The position numbers and the translations under genes are program-made. A model generated the notes under the pieces. The model had not been told where the DNA came from, did no database searches, and saw only the letters and a list, made by a program, of their open reading frames with translations. From assembly GCA_002269645.1 (NCBI GenBank), contig NIVC01003854.1, forward strand, positions 9,656-73,655: DNA of 64,000 bases, written 5' to 3'. Below, piece by piece: positions 1-12,505 of this stretch (its first letter is position 1; each line of letters opens with the position of its first letter). Origin of the DNA: Macrostomum lignano (Eukaryota).

Positions 1-1276
1 ATTTGTCTGTCCTTATGTGAAATGGGGCAACTATAGGCAATCTTAGATAGTTTAAGTAAGCATTCTCCTCTACGACAACAGAAAGTCACAAAACGCTTGT
101 AAATTTAGTATCCTAACTAACGATATCGAAATTTAGACACTCATGATTTCACTTCAAATTACACACACAGTGACACACTTGCCGTCGTGCATTAAAATCG
201 AATGTATTTTCCCACGGCAAAAAGTCGCTAGCGAGCTAAGCTTGGGTAGCAACAGATTAAAACAAATGATTGAGAAGACTATAATATTATCAAAAGAAGC
301 AACGTGCACGCGTCATTATTACTTAGTTTTTAATTAATTAAAAAGTTTTGATGTCATATATAGCAGTATTTTCTAAAAAATTGTTGCGAGTCAGTAGAGA
401 TGTTTTTTTAACAGCGTGATCTGTAGAGTAGAGTTAAAAATTCTGCTAAGATCATTGGTACGTACAGCAGAGCAACGTATCTTTATTTTGCAAGTCCAGC
501 TGTAGCGAGTAGCGCGTTTCTCCTACATAGTTGATTTCTAAAATGCTAAATTAAAAGTTTAAAAACATCCAGACAACTAACGCTGTTATTTTTCTTAAAG
601 TCAGTTTGCTATACATCTTGAATAATCCTGCATCTGCATCCTCGAATCCAAAGGTAATTACGCGTGTATTTTCACTAATTCTCAAGAAATTCTTCGATTG
701 ATTAATTAAAAAAGTAGAACTAACTGTAAATTTATTTGGAACTGTGACAAAATACTTCAGAGTTTTGCCGACTCTGATACAGTGTATGGTACCATTCGAT
801 ACTGTATTTGTATGTAACAATATGCATATAGAGATGTACTATATTCAAAAGATCCCAGGACGTGAAATTGTAAAATCCTCAACTAAATTTGTTGTTCAAA
901 AACTGTACAATCTTATTGCAGACACTTTATTTATTAGTAGTATTTTTGTAGTCTACATTAAAATTTGACAATAATTTATTGCAAAATACTATATGCTAAA
1001 CAACAAATTGCATAGCTAAATCTCGCAAATACAAGAACTAACCATTGTCCTGGTTTTTCATTAAACTAGGATTTATAGATTAGGATTCAGAAAACTGCCT
1101 ATCTATGTGCTTCACTACTAGTACTGTCAAACCTAAAAAATCACAATTCTTTATGAACAGGTCGCAGCAGTCGTTTAGGCTGAAGAATATCAGTGACTGA
1201 GGCAGCGTTACCGAAATAAATAACCATGACAGCCTTCACCTGACCAGGGCCTTCAACGGCTTCAAAGCCCACAATA

Positions 1277-3790
1277 ATGGGCAATCCAGCTCAGGGCAGT
1301 GAAGAATTTAAAAAACTAATTGCAGGGCTAATGACTATAATCTTCCAAGCACAAATTCTACCGACTGTCAGATTTTTTATTACTTCCACATTCTCAGATA
1401 AAAAACAAAGTTCGAATTCAAGTTGTCTGTTTATCAAATTGAATAAAAACAGATCAATCCCGACTACACGTCCACGTCCATGTAAGGCCAACCTGCAGAC
1501 ATGCTCATTGAGAGAAACGTGATGATGAACCAGGTCTATCTAAAACTGAAACAGTTTTGTCGGGACAAACATGGCATTGCTTTTCAGGTGAGACATCATT
1601 TAGCAGTCTAAATCTACAGATCTAACAACTTCAGACTCTTCTAACACTGTTTGTGCACGATTTTCAGATAGTTGACACGCGCTGGGGCATTCAAGACACC
1701 AGCACAGAGGAGCTCACAGCTACGGAAATTTGTCTTGAAGAGGCCGCCAATTGTCAGCAGATATCCATGGGCCCACATTTCTTGGTGAGTTGAACTTACG
1801 AGCTGACTGTGACGTTGACGTTTTATTTTAATTCCGCATCCAGACAGCAAGGGAGTTCATCAAGTGGAAGATAGCCCAATGCCAGACAGACGATCAGCTA
1901 GATTACTCCAAACCTGGATCACTGAGCAAAGAGCTGTACGATCGATATCTCACTCTAAACTTGGTCTCGAGCGAGATGACCTTTGATGATTTTGCCAGCG
2001 ACCCATATTATTGCCTCAACTTTTCGATGGCATTTTCCGCTTCAACTATGTGCCATCCCGTAGTGATACTGGATCGGCCAAAGCACCCAAATCGCGCGGT
2101 AGTTCTGTACATTGTAGACAGTGTTCGTGATATCACAGGGGCATTCAGAAGAAATGCCATGAGCTGGCCGGGTCAGCTGGTTGTCTGCGACACTCGCGAC
2201 TACAGAGTCCTGACAATTAGCAAAACATTCGATACAGGCGTCCTCTACCTGCTTGAAGACGGCTTGCATTGCATCACCTACCGGCTGAAGGTGTTCAACA
2301 TCAAAACTGGAGAACTGGTGCGAGATCTCGACCCGACGAACAGCATCATCCTCAAGGACATGCTGGTCACGCCCAACAGGAGTCTAGTGGTCGGCAAGAA
2401 ATTTACGCCCAGTGACTCTGCTAATAATGAGTACCATGATCCGATGAAGATTGTGCAGGTTAGTTACTCTTACGGGCTATATATCTTATTAATTACTTGT
2501 ACTTGAGGCATATCGGCAGGGTATTCGCATGTTTTCGCCGGGGGGGGGGGTTCACAAACTCGAAATGTCACAACGTCGAAAGCACCTTCTTTCACAAGGT
2601 CGAAATTTCACAACATCGAGAATTTTAGCAAGAGACTTCATAAGTTCCAAATTTCACAACGTAGAAAACTTAAACAGCAGCCACTTTCATAAGGTTGAAA
2701 CTTAACAAGGTCGAAATTTCACAACATCGAAAACTTTATCCAGAGACTTCATAAGGTAGAAATTCACAGCGTTGAAAACTACTGTATGGTTCTTGTTAAA
2801 TTAATTTTTCGACGTTGTGAAATTTCGAGCTTATGAAGTTTCGACCTCGTGAAAGTGGCTGCTATTTGAGTTTTCGATGTTATGAAATTTCGACCTTGTG
2901 AAAGTGGCTGCTATTTGAGTTTTCTACGTTGTGAAATTTCGACCTTGTGAAAGTGGCTGCTATTTGAGTTTTCTACGTTGTGAAATTTCGACCTTGTGAA
3001 GTTTCGACCTTGTGAAATAATTTACTTGTCGACGTTGTGAAATTTCGACCTTGTGAAAGCACCCCGTTTTCGCCATGATCTTTTCTCGATTCACACATGA
3101 TAAAATTGTGACCGTAAAAACTACTTTTCTGAGAACAGTAATGCAAATAAAACAACTACATTTCAGGCATTTAAAACCACCGACGGGTCAATGGTGTTTG
3201 ATTATCACTTCGACGAGGAGCCATTTCGTATGTTGCTACCGCAGAACGATCGCTTAGCGGTGCTTGCCGTCAAAAACTCCGTTCAACGGTTTGAGATTCT
3301 GTCGGACATTAGCATTGAGCAGTTGGCTGCCAACTTGGAGAACGCTGCTAAATCAGGTCACAAGAAGAAGGTCAACAACGACAAAATCCGAGCTAAAACA
3401 GTCAAATTTGGACAAGGCCATCAGGTCAACTCAGGTCAAATCGAAACCAAATTAAGTCAGACTAAGGCCAGTAAAAGTACGAGTGCCGCTGCGGGAGTTG
3501 ATGCATCCGATCAGAAAGGCCAGAAAAACGAAGTTCAGTCGTATCTAAAGGACGACTATACACGTTTTGTTCGTAAGCTCTCGTACTGCTCCGCTAAAGG
3601 CGGCATTTTATTTGTGTCTACACATATATGTAATTTGAAAGTGTATTTTTACTTGGACTATCGGAATACCCCCCCCCCAGGCAATGTGCTCTCCGAGGGG
3701 TTCGCTATGGTTGCCGACGCTCGCCCAGACGATCCAATCGACTTCTTGGCCTCTTGGCTGCGGGATTACGGACAGAAGCACAGCTGCTGA
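1277..3790 (+). CDS. NWD1/NWD2-like N-terminal DUF4062 domain + beta-propeller-like region + C-terminal Dpy-30 motif protein; no NACHT domain; possibly a pseudogene. Exons ~1277-1397, 1499-1587, 1668-1784, 1844-2458, 3167-3572, 3681-3790
   Basis: Spliced translation gives [79 protein letters not shown], the NWD-family N-terminal pattern. The last exon NVLSEGFAMVADARPDDPIDFLASWLRDY is a Dpy-30 motif. Introns 2-5 are GT-AG with matching phases. The first donor at 1398 reads AT, not GT; a weak in-phase GT exists at 1410. Confidence 0.7.
2540..3065. mobile_element. Non-autonomous foldback/MITE, Mutator (MULE)-like, in intron 4 of the DUF4062 gene
   Basis: 9-bp direct repeat GTTTTCGCC at 2531-2539 and 3066-3074. 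The element starts GGGG and ends CCCC. Its halves are inverted arrays of CACAAGGTCGAAATTT-like subrepeats. Confidence 0.8.
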
Positions 3791-5481
3791 GCTATACAGT
3801 TTAAACTTGTGCGAGACTCGTAAGACAATTGAGAAAACTGTCTTAGATCCTCTATATAGCTTTTATAGACGTTCTTTCTCTTAATTCTTTAATTGCAATA
3901 TAAACTCATTGTTTACGTTCGATCTTAAAATTATTACACTATTTTTCTGACGTATATAATTTTTATTATTGCACATATACAGTGCTACGCTTACAATAGT
4001 TCATTTAATATATCTAGTCAGAATGAACTTTTGAAGAATTGTCATTTCGACACCTTGTGTCTGCTGATTAACTGTACGATTTGCGATCAAAAGGTTTTGG
4101 TTAGCTAAATTGGGTTGAAGTTATTATAGTAAGCAGGGCTCATACTATCCCAATTACTTTTGCCCGTCAATTTTGCACAAGAATTTTAAGTTAGTTACAC
4201 ATGTATTTTATAAACTGGTTAACATGGATAATCTATAGCTAGAACTATTTTTACGGCTAGACGAGATGCGTTTTAGGATAATAAGACTTTGAGATTTAGT
4301 ATATTGTGAATATAGTGCCAAATAAACATCTTACCTAGCTTACTGCTTACGAAAGTATATAGTTCGAATTATTCGTTTAAGCTTTTAATTTGCTAATAGA
4401 TTTGCTATCGAATAAGATCGATAATGATTCGATCGCGATTTAAATAAATGTGTCACTTTTTGCCTTTATTTATTATGGTTATAGCTGTATTTTATTATAC
4501 TGTATGGCGCCTTGTTCGCGAAGTTTTTAATATTATTTTTTCGGTACATGTATGTAATGCGTTATACTTTATTTCAAGGTTGAATTTTTTCTGACCCTTG
4601 CGCTTTTTCCTGTTAAACTCTTAAATACACTCAGTACTTGTAACAAATTTATAGCACATAAAATTTATATTTATAGAAAAACCTGATATACTATACTATA
4701 TTATATATACTCCCTGAACAATAACTCGTACGAGTATGAACCGTCTGCAGCTTACTTAATTTCATTCGAAAAACTGTTCTTTTAGCAGAGTTCGACCACT
4801 AAACTGCTGAATCCAGAGGCCCAGAAAATTAAACGGCCATGGGCCATCCATTCTCGACTTTTTGACTAGCTATACATGTAGTTAAATTGCTTAAAATTTG
4901 TCATAGGCATAGAGCATAAACTCACTCGCGGATCCAGGGGTCAATAAGTGAGTAGGCTGACACCCCTAGGAAAAATCCTTGCATAGTGTACTCGTACATA
5001 CATTGGTCGACACCAGCGCCGAGGTCATGCAGAATCTTCCCCGTTGATGGTTCGAATGCCCGCTTTGCAGCCAACTGCTGCAGCCTCATCCGCACCTTCG
5101 GCACACGCCAGTTCACACTCGACCTCGGCATCAAGTGCTGCTCCTGGCCGTTCGTCCTGGCCGAGGTCTCTCACCTGCTTATCGGTGCCGAGTTGCTGCT
5201 GGTGGAACCTGCCGCACTGGCGCCTCCTGGACGCCCGCTCGGTCGCCAGCGTGCACCTTGCTGGCCCGCACTGCCAGCTGCTGGTCGAATTCCCCGCCCT
5301 AACTGAGCCCAGTTTCCAGCGGGCTGAGCTGCCCCATGAAATTGAGCTCCATATCTGTAGTGCGCAGCCTATGCGTGTACAATGCCCTTTCTCTTGCTCT
5401 CTAGCCAACGTGCTCAGCACCCCAATGTATTGCGCAACTCATAGCTGCACGTCGGCAGCTGCGTGAATATACGCTCGTACA

Positions 5482-6345
5482 ATGGCGTCGCAGCTAAACT
5501 TACCAAGCCCAGCGCGCTTGGACCTGCGAACAGACCCCAACACGGCTCAGACCAAACGGAAAAAGTGGTACGCACAATTTGAACTTTTCGCTGTGGCTGC
5601 AAACATCGAAGACAAAAAGCGACTTCGCCAGCTTCTGCTGTATACAGCCGGAGAGGACTTGCAGACGATCGCGGCCGGTCTCTGCGACAAAGAGGCAGCA
5701 GGCAAAGACGTCGAAACACTTGTAGCCGCGCTTAACGACTACTTCGACAGCAAGCGGAATCTCCCGTTCACCCGCTATCAGTTCAGGTTGTGCACGCAGC
5801 GGTCTGGCGAGCCCATCAACGAATGGCTCCAGCGCCTCAAAGATGCTGCCGACTGCTGCGGCTTCGAGGGCCTCAGAGACTCCCTGATCCGTGACCAGGT
5901 GATCGACGGCTGCAGTTCACAGCAGCTTCGCCGCAAGCTGCTAGCGATCGACAATGTCGACCTGGAGCAGGCGCTTCGGGTGGCCAGAGCCATGAAGACA
6001 GCAGAGACTCAGGCAAGCCTCATAGAATCTAACGAGGCGGCGGTACAGCGACTTCGACTTCGAGACACTGGTGCAGCGGCCTCATCAGCAGAGCGCCTAG
6101 TCAAGGGACCAGCCAAGCAGCAGCCAGGCAAGCAAACCACGTGCATCAGATGCGGAGTCCCGGGCCACCGCACATGCAACGCAGCCAGAGGCAAGACGTG
6201 CGAGCGCTGCGGAAAGCGAAATCACTTGGCGAGGGCCTGCCTCTCCCGGCCGTTGGAAGTCGTCCGCGCCCTGCAGGCCGACAGCGACAGCTCAGAGCCG
6301 GAGGGCAGCATCTTCTGTCTGACCGTGGCGGCCACCGGGACGGCT
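5482..6345 (+). CDS. gag: Gag of element B with two zinc knuckles
   Basis: ORF 5482-6516: IRDQVIDGCSSQQLRRKLL...LEQALRVARA, CIRCGVPGHRTC and CERCGKRNHLARAC (CCHC). After ~6345 it runs out of frame into RNase H sequence. Confidence 0.85.
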
Positions 6346-7902
6346 ACAGCGGGCGCCCGCACTTCGATATCTACACCGACCACAAGCCGCTGCTCGGGAT
6401 CTACAGAGCAGACTCAAGGCCGCCGCCCCGGCTCGAGCGTATCATGCTGCAGACCCAGCACTTCACGTTCACACTGCACTACCGCAAAGGCGAGGACAAC
6501 TCGGCAGACCCGCTGAGCCGCAATCCGCTGACAAGTGCATCGTCGCACAAAGACGAGACTGAGGACACCAGACTGTGCAACGCCATTGTCTAAGCGGCCA
6601 CCCCAAAGGGCCTGACCGTCGACAGGATCCGGGCTGCGACCGAGAGAGACCCAGCTCTGGTGGTCGTCATGCGCGCCTTGGAAACAGGAAACTGGAGCTG
6701 CGGCGCGGCGAGCCCGGCGCACAGTTTTTGGTCCCTCAAAGACGAACTGAGCGTCCACGCGAGCCTTCTGCTCCGGGGGAACAGAATCGTGATCCCGGCA
6801 GAGCTTCAGCAGCTTACGATCGGTTTAGCGCACCAGGGCCACCTCGGACAGAAGAAGACGTGCGACCGACTGCAGCGTAAGGTCTGGTGGCCCGGCATGT
6901 CCAAGCAGGTCGAGGCGGTCGTCACTAACTGCCTCCCGTGCCAAGCGGCCCGGACCGACGGCGCCGTGAAACACCCGCCGATGCAGCCGACGCCGCTTCC
7001 GTCGGGGGCCTGGCAATCGCTCAGCGTCGACGTGTGCGGACCATTCCCAACGGGCGAGAACGTAGTGGTCTTGGTGGACTACTTCAGCCGCTACCCGGAC
7101 CTCTACGTGGTGCGAAGCCTCACCAGCGCCAGCGTCATCAACTGCGTCATTGCCTCATTCAGCCGCTTCGGTGTGCCGCAGCAGATCACTACGGACAACG
7201 CCACCTACTTCACGAGCGAGGAATTCAACGTGTTTCTGGACGGCCTCGGGGTTCGACAGCGCAGGGTCACCCCGCTCTACCCGGCGGCGAACGGCGAGGT
7301 GGAGCGCTTCAACCGCAGCCTCAACAAGGCCATCAACGCCTCCACGGCCGAAGGCAACGACTGGCGGCAAGCGATCCACGAGTGGCTGCTCGGATACCGC
7401 AACTCTGTGCACCGAGGCACCGACCGCACGCCCAACAACCTCATGTTTAACCGAGAAACCGGTGACATCCTGCCATCCGGCCTGACAAAGCAAACCGACA
7501 GCTCCGGACGGCAGCTGCGGCGCCACGACCGCGGCTACAAGCAGGCAATGCGCAAGGCGGCCGACGCGGCGATCGGCTGCACCACACGGCATCCTGGCAG
7601 GCGCCCGCGTGCTGCTCAGAAACCGCGGCAAGGCCAAGCTGCGCTGTCCGTTCGACCCGCGGCCTTGGCTTGTCAAGTTAGTCAGTGGCGACGCCCTGAC
7701 TCTGCAACGCGGCACGGCAGTCATTCGGCGGCATGTGACCGAGACGAAGCCGCTTCGTGAGTGCCCCTGGGACCTCGACGAGCTGAACGGCGATCAGCGG
7801 CCGGGGGCGCCTGCGACGGAGGCAAATTCGGCCAACGACGGTCCGATTGCACAGAGGCCTCATCCCAGGACAGCAAAGCAGCCCGTCTGCTACAAGCAGT
7901 GA
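6346..7902 (+). pseudogene. pol: RNase H C-terminus + integrase of element B (in-frame stop at 6591, frameshift ~7590)
   Basis: HFDIYTDHKPLLGIY, HYRKGEDNSADPLSR. Zinc finger AHQGHLG...NCLPCQ. Catalytic SVDVCGPF, TTDNATYF, NGEVERFN. C-terminal CPFDPRPW. Confidence 0.9.
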
Positions 7903-8102
7903 CTTAATTCGAACTGAGCCGGAACGCTGTCAAAGATCGGCATGCTTTAATTGTTTAAGTATTTAAACGTTCGAAAACCGAAAATTTTGCTACTGTTTTA
8001 CTATTATTTTTTTTAAATCCTTTACATCATTTCTCGTCCAATTTTCGCAATGAAATTTTAAACCCTCTCGTATTGGACTTTACTTTTGCTTTAGGGGAGA
8101 GA

Positions 8103-8283
8103 TGTAGTGCGCAGCCTATGCGTGTACAATGCCCTTTCTCTTCCTCTCTAGCCAAAGTGCTCAGCACCCAAATGTATTGCGCAACTCATAGCTGCACGTC
8201 GGCAGCTGCGTGAATATATATCGCAAATATACGGCTCTTAGAGGCCAACTTGCTTACCCGCCAAGCGGACTACGAGCACTACA
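8103..8283 (+). repeat. Complete 181-bp 3' LTR of element B
   Basis: TG...CA ends with an 8-bp terminal inverted repeat; preceded by a PPT and followed by the TSD. Confidence 0.9.
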
Positions 8284-11200
8284 ATATCCCAACGTACATG
8301 TAGGGCCTCCAGTCCACGCCCGCTCTAGCGGCCTGCCGCCGGGCAAGCTGGCGGTGGCCAAGGAGGAGTTCCAGCTCCTGGAGCAGCTCGGTATCGTGCG
8401 CCGCTCAAACAACCCGAGGTCCTCACCGCTGCATATGATGCCCAAGGCATCCGGCGGCTGGCTGGACTGCGGCGATTTCAAGCGGCTTCTTCTCGGCGAC
8501 TTCTCGGCCCGCCTGGCCGGCTGCTCGATCTTCTCCAAGATGGATCTCGTGCGTGGCTACCACCAGGTGCCCGTGGCCGCAGCTGACGTGCCCACCCTGT
8601 TTGGCCTCTTCGAATTCCTGCGAATGCCGTTCGGCCTTAAGTACACTGCCCAGGCCTTACAGCTTCTGGTGGACTCACTGTGCCAGGATCTCGACTTCGT
8701 CCTCGCCTACATCGACGACTTCCTGGTCGCTAGCCACAGCCTGCAGCAGCACCTGGAGCACCTGCACACACTGTATCTAGCGCCTAGCCGACAACGGCCT
8801 CATTGTCAACTCAGTCGAATGCGAGTTCAGCCGCAACGAGATTGATCTCCTTCTTCAGCCGGCAGCTCCGCGAGCTGCTCGCCCTGTACCTGGCGGTCCG
8901 GCATTTCCGCTACTCTTTCGAGGGCCGCGCGTTCACCGCTTTCACGGACCACAGCCGCTGGTTGCCGCAATGTCCAAAATGTCTGCTGCGTGGTCCGCCC
9001 GGCAGCAGCGCCACCTGGCCTACGTGTCCGAGTTCACCACGGACATCTAGCACGTGACGGGCAAGGACAACTCGGTCCTATACGCGCTGTCCCGCTGCAC
9101 GGTCTCTTCGGTGCAGCCCCGGGTGCTCCCCGCGTGAATTTCACGGCCATGGCGCAGGCGCAGGCGGCCGATACGGCCAGTCAGGCCGACTTCGGCCTCC
9201 AACTTGAGCCGCTGCAGCTCAGCCCCGGTGTCGCCCTGCTCTCCGACATCTCCAAGGGCCGGCCGCGCCCGTTGGTGCCGCCTGCCAGACGGCCAAAGTT
9301 CAGCGGCACGTCACCGCCCCTGTGGTTGGCATCCGCGTCCCGGACCAGCGCTTCGCCAACGTGCACGTCGACCTGGTGGGGCCGCTCCCGCCTTCGCAAG
9401 GCTTCACGCACCCATCGTAGTTCACCCGGTGGCCGGAGGCGATCCCGATGACCGACTGCCTCCGCCTTCATCGCCCACATCGCCCACATCGCCAGGTTTG
9501 GAGTGCCGAGCGACATCACTTCGGACCGCGGTTCGCAGTTAACGTCGCAGCTGTTTGGTCAAACGTCTGACGGCTCCTCGGAATTCAGCTGGACCGGACA
9601 ACGGCTTTCCACCCGCAGGCGAACGGGCTGGTCGAGCGTTTCCACTGGCAGCTGAAAGCCTCCCTCATGGCGCGATTGGCCGGACCAGCCTGGGTCAGCG
9701 AGCTGCCCTGGGTGCTGCTCGGCATCCGGACGGCCCCCAAGGAGGACCTGCCGGCATCGTCGGCCGAGCTGGTCTACGGAGCACCCCTCTGCGTGCCTGG
9801 CGAGTGCCTGCAGCCCGGCCCGCCGGCCACGACCACGACCAGTTCCTCGCCCGGCTCCGCGGTGCCGTCCAGACATTCCGGCCGCCCTCGACGCCTGCCA
9901 GTTCGTTTTCGTCCGGCTCGACGGCCACCGCCCCCCCCCCGCTGCAGCGACCTTATGACGGCCCGTTCAAGGTCCTCGAGCGGGATGCCAAAGCTTTCCT
10001 GCTGGAATTGGGCACTCGACGCGACCGGGTGTCAGCTTGGAGAGGCTTAGGCCAGCCGTCATCGATGCGGTCGACCCTGTGCACGGTTGAGAGCGGGGTC
10101 CGCCTGCTGTACACAGGCCCAGGCACGCCTGGCTGCTGGGGAGTTTTGCCCAGAGTTTGCTCTGACTTACACCTCCCTATTCTCGTTAAGTATATATAAA
10201 TGACTGAACGTAAACAAATAAATATACGCAAGATCTTTTTGCTGGCTTGCTGCTTTTCAAGCTTAAACTCGCAAGCCGCTTTAAGGTACATTTTTAGTTT
10301 GTTTTTATCACGGTATGTTTATTTATTTAAACGATATGTTTAAAACAGCGAAGGAAGCAGATTAGGTAACGAACATGTTTGAGACTTTAACTACTCGGTA
10401 GTTATATTCTGATTGGATAAGCCCTGTCTGGTTATGCTCTGGTTATCCAATCACGTGCTTGTCAGGCGTATGAAAAGACCCAGAACAACATGATAGGTTT
10501 TGATTTCATAAATCATCACTAAATCATGATGGTCTGTAAAAATCTTGAGAAAAAAGTCGAAAGCACATGACTTTCCGCCAGCTGTTTGATGTCGAAAATG
10601 TTCTCTAGGTTAAAAGGCTAAAAATGAGAAGTGGGTCTGAAAACTTCATAAAAAATACAAATACTAACATACGTCGTCGTGATAATAATAGTTCGAGCTA
10701 CGAGTTCCCGAATCGGAGATGAAAATTGGCTAAAAAAACGGAGACGGCCTACTGCCAGTAGTACATACAAGGACAAGTAGAAGTTACTGTTGTACAACGG
10801 TAACTTCTAGTGGTCCTTGTATGAGTTCATACTGTAAGCTCGTACTAACCTAATTTTCGAATTTCGAGTTTAAAGAAAAGTAAAAAAATGACTACGCAGG
10901 ACAGGAAACAAGCCAACTGGCCAACTGACTGAGGGCGGAGAAACAAAAGCCTTAGAAGGTTCGTTTCTGACTGGCTCGCAGCTTCCTTAGCAACGGCATG
11001 GTAACCAGAATTGTTCGAGGGCCCGCGTCGTCGCCTGTGGCTGCTGCTCCGCTCGGGTGCACCAGCCGCCTTCGTCAGACCGCTGATGCTGCGGCTCGAC
11101 TGGCGCCGCCTGCAGGACGTCGGCGGCCCAGCGGCCCGGCTGGCAGCGCCGCCGGTGGCTTGTCGAGCGCCGGTTGACAGCTGGCGGCGCCGGCGACCTC

Positions 11201-12505
11201 AGCTGCGGCCCGTTCGCCGTCGGCTCCAGCGTGTCGCCGGGCGGGGAGCTCGTCGTCAACTAGGAAGGCGCCGCCTGCGACCGAGGAGCCGCTAATGGGG
11301 AGGGAGATGTTGGCCACGCAGCGGAGTGCCAGGATTTTTGGTGTGACTCTTGGTTATCGCAGTGATTTTTAAAGTGCTTATGAGTGACTGCATTATACAG
11401 CTCCCAAAACAAAGCATGTACAATTTGCTGGCGTTGGCTGCATTTCGTTATTTGAAACTGCTGGAATGGTTACAACAGCTTTCTATGAATATGAATACAA
11501 TGAGTATTTCTATGTATTCATATACATAAGTCATTATAGAATAACTTATAAATGCATGGTCTAACTACATTTAGTGAACTCAAGGGAAGGCCGCGGAAAA
11601 ACCGTGGAGCTCCAAAAATCAATTTTTAGCCCTGCGGGGGTTTTCTCCTAAGTTGAGAAAGCCAAATAAGTGAAAACTACTGGCAGAAGTACTGTAGTAG
11701 TACTATTCCTTATACTATTCCTTATCCACCTATACTAAATCTTCCTTATACTAAATTTAATCAAATTTTTTCGTCAAAAAGTTGTTTTGAGCTTTGCTTA
11801 ATTGTGCCCGCCTGAAAAGTCGGTCAATTGATTCGGCGAGTGTATTTGCAGTGCATCATTATATATATTTGTGCTTTTGAGGCATTCACAAAGTTAAGAG
11901 TAATAACTGAATTAGGTAAAGAAATAATATTTTATATGCAAACCTCATCCATACAAACTACTGCATAAGAGTTACAACAATGTGATTCACATAGTCACTT
12001 TCACATTCACTATCCGACATTGTGATCACAGAAATGGAAAGTCGGAGAAATAATTTGAGTGTCAGGCTTCACTTCTGAGGCCCACAATTGGCTAAAAGAG
12101 ACTGGCATGAACTCTGTACGTTTCCTCCAATCAAGCGAGCGAGATATAAAATTATCATTTTTTCTCTTTCGTTTTTCTTTTCTCTTTACTCTGAGTTTAA
12201 TATTCGAAATACATTATTCTACTTTTAACTACATAATAGTCAATACTACATAATTCTACTTTTAAGTAATAGTTATAGTAAGTCTAAGTAATAGTAATTC
12301 TACTTTTTTATCGATAAAAAGAAGCATCGCGAATTGCGAATTATGTCCGGCAAATGGCGGACTTCTGGCTGCATGTTTCTTTGATTCCTGGCTACATCAC
12401 CTGTCCGATGTTTCACCGGACAACTCCGGACTAAGGAAACTTAAATAGAGAATAAGTGAAGGTAAGTTTAAGGCGGTAAAGGGTGAAGTGCAGGCGGCGG
12501 TACAA

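Larger units (their letters stand above)
5356..8283 (+). mobile_element. Ty3/Gypsy LTR retrotransposon B, internally deleted (gag + RNase H tail + integrase), nested in element A
   Basis: Ends TGTAGTGC...GCACTACA. 5-bp TSD ATATC at 5351-5355 and 8284-8288. LTR copies 5356-5470 and 8103-8217 differ at about 3 of 115 nt. PPT TTAGGGGAGAGA precedes 8103. Confidence 0.93.
5003..10100 (+). mobile_element. Degenerate Ty3/Gypsy pol (protease-RT-RNase H-integrase), element A, interrupted by element B
   Basis: Protease LVDTSAEV at 5003 and FGTRQFTLDLG. LLVEFPALTEP...ELHI resumes after the insertion as GPPVHAR...KEEFQLLEQLGIVRRS. RT motifs FSKMDLVRGYHQ and YIDD (8708). RNase H RELLALYLAVRHFRY...FTDH. 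Integrase VHVDLVGPLP (9361), ITSDRGSQ, ANGLVERFH, RPYDGPFKV. Many frameshifts and deletions. Confidence 0.9.

Noticed and set aside
10987-11317. GC-rich island with overlapping ORFs on both strands
   Set aside because: No recognisable motif, splice sites or TE hallmarks; cannot be assigned.
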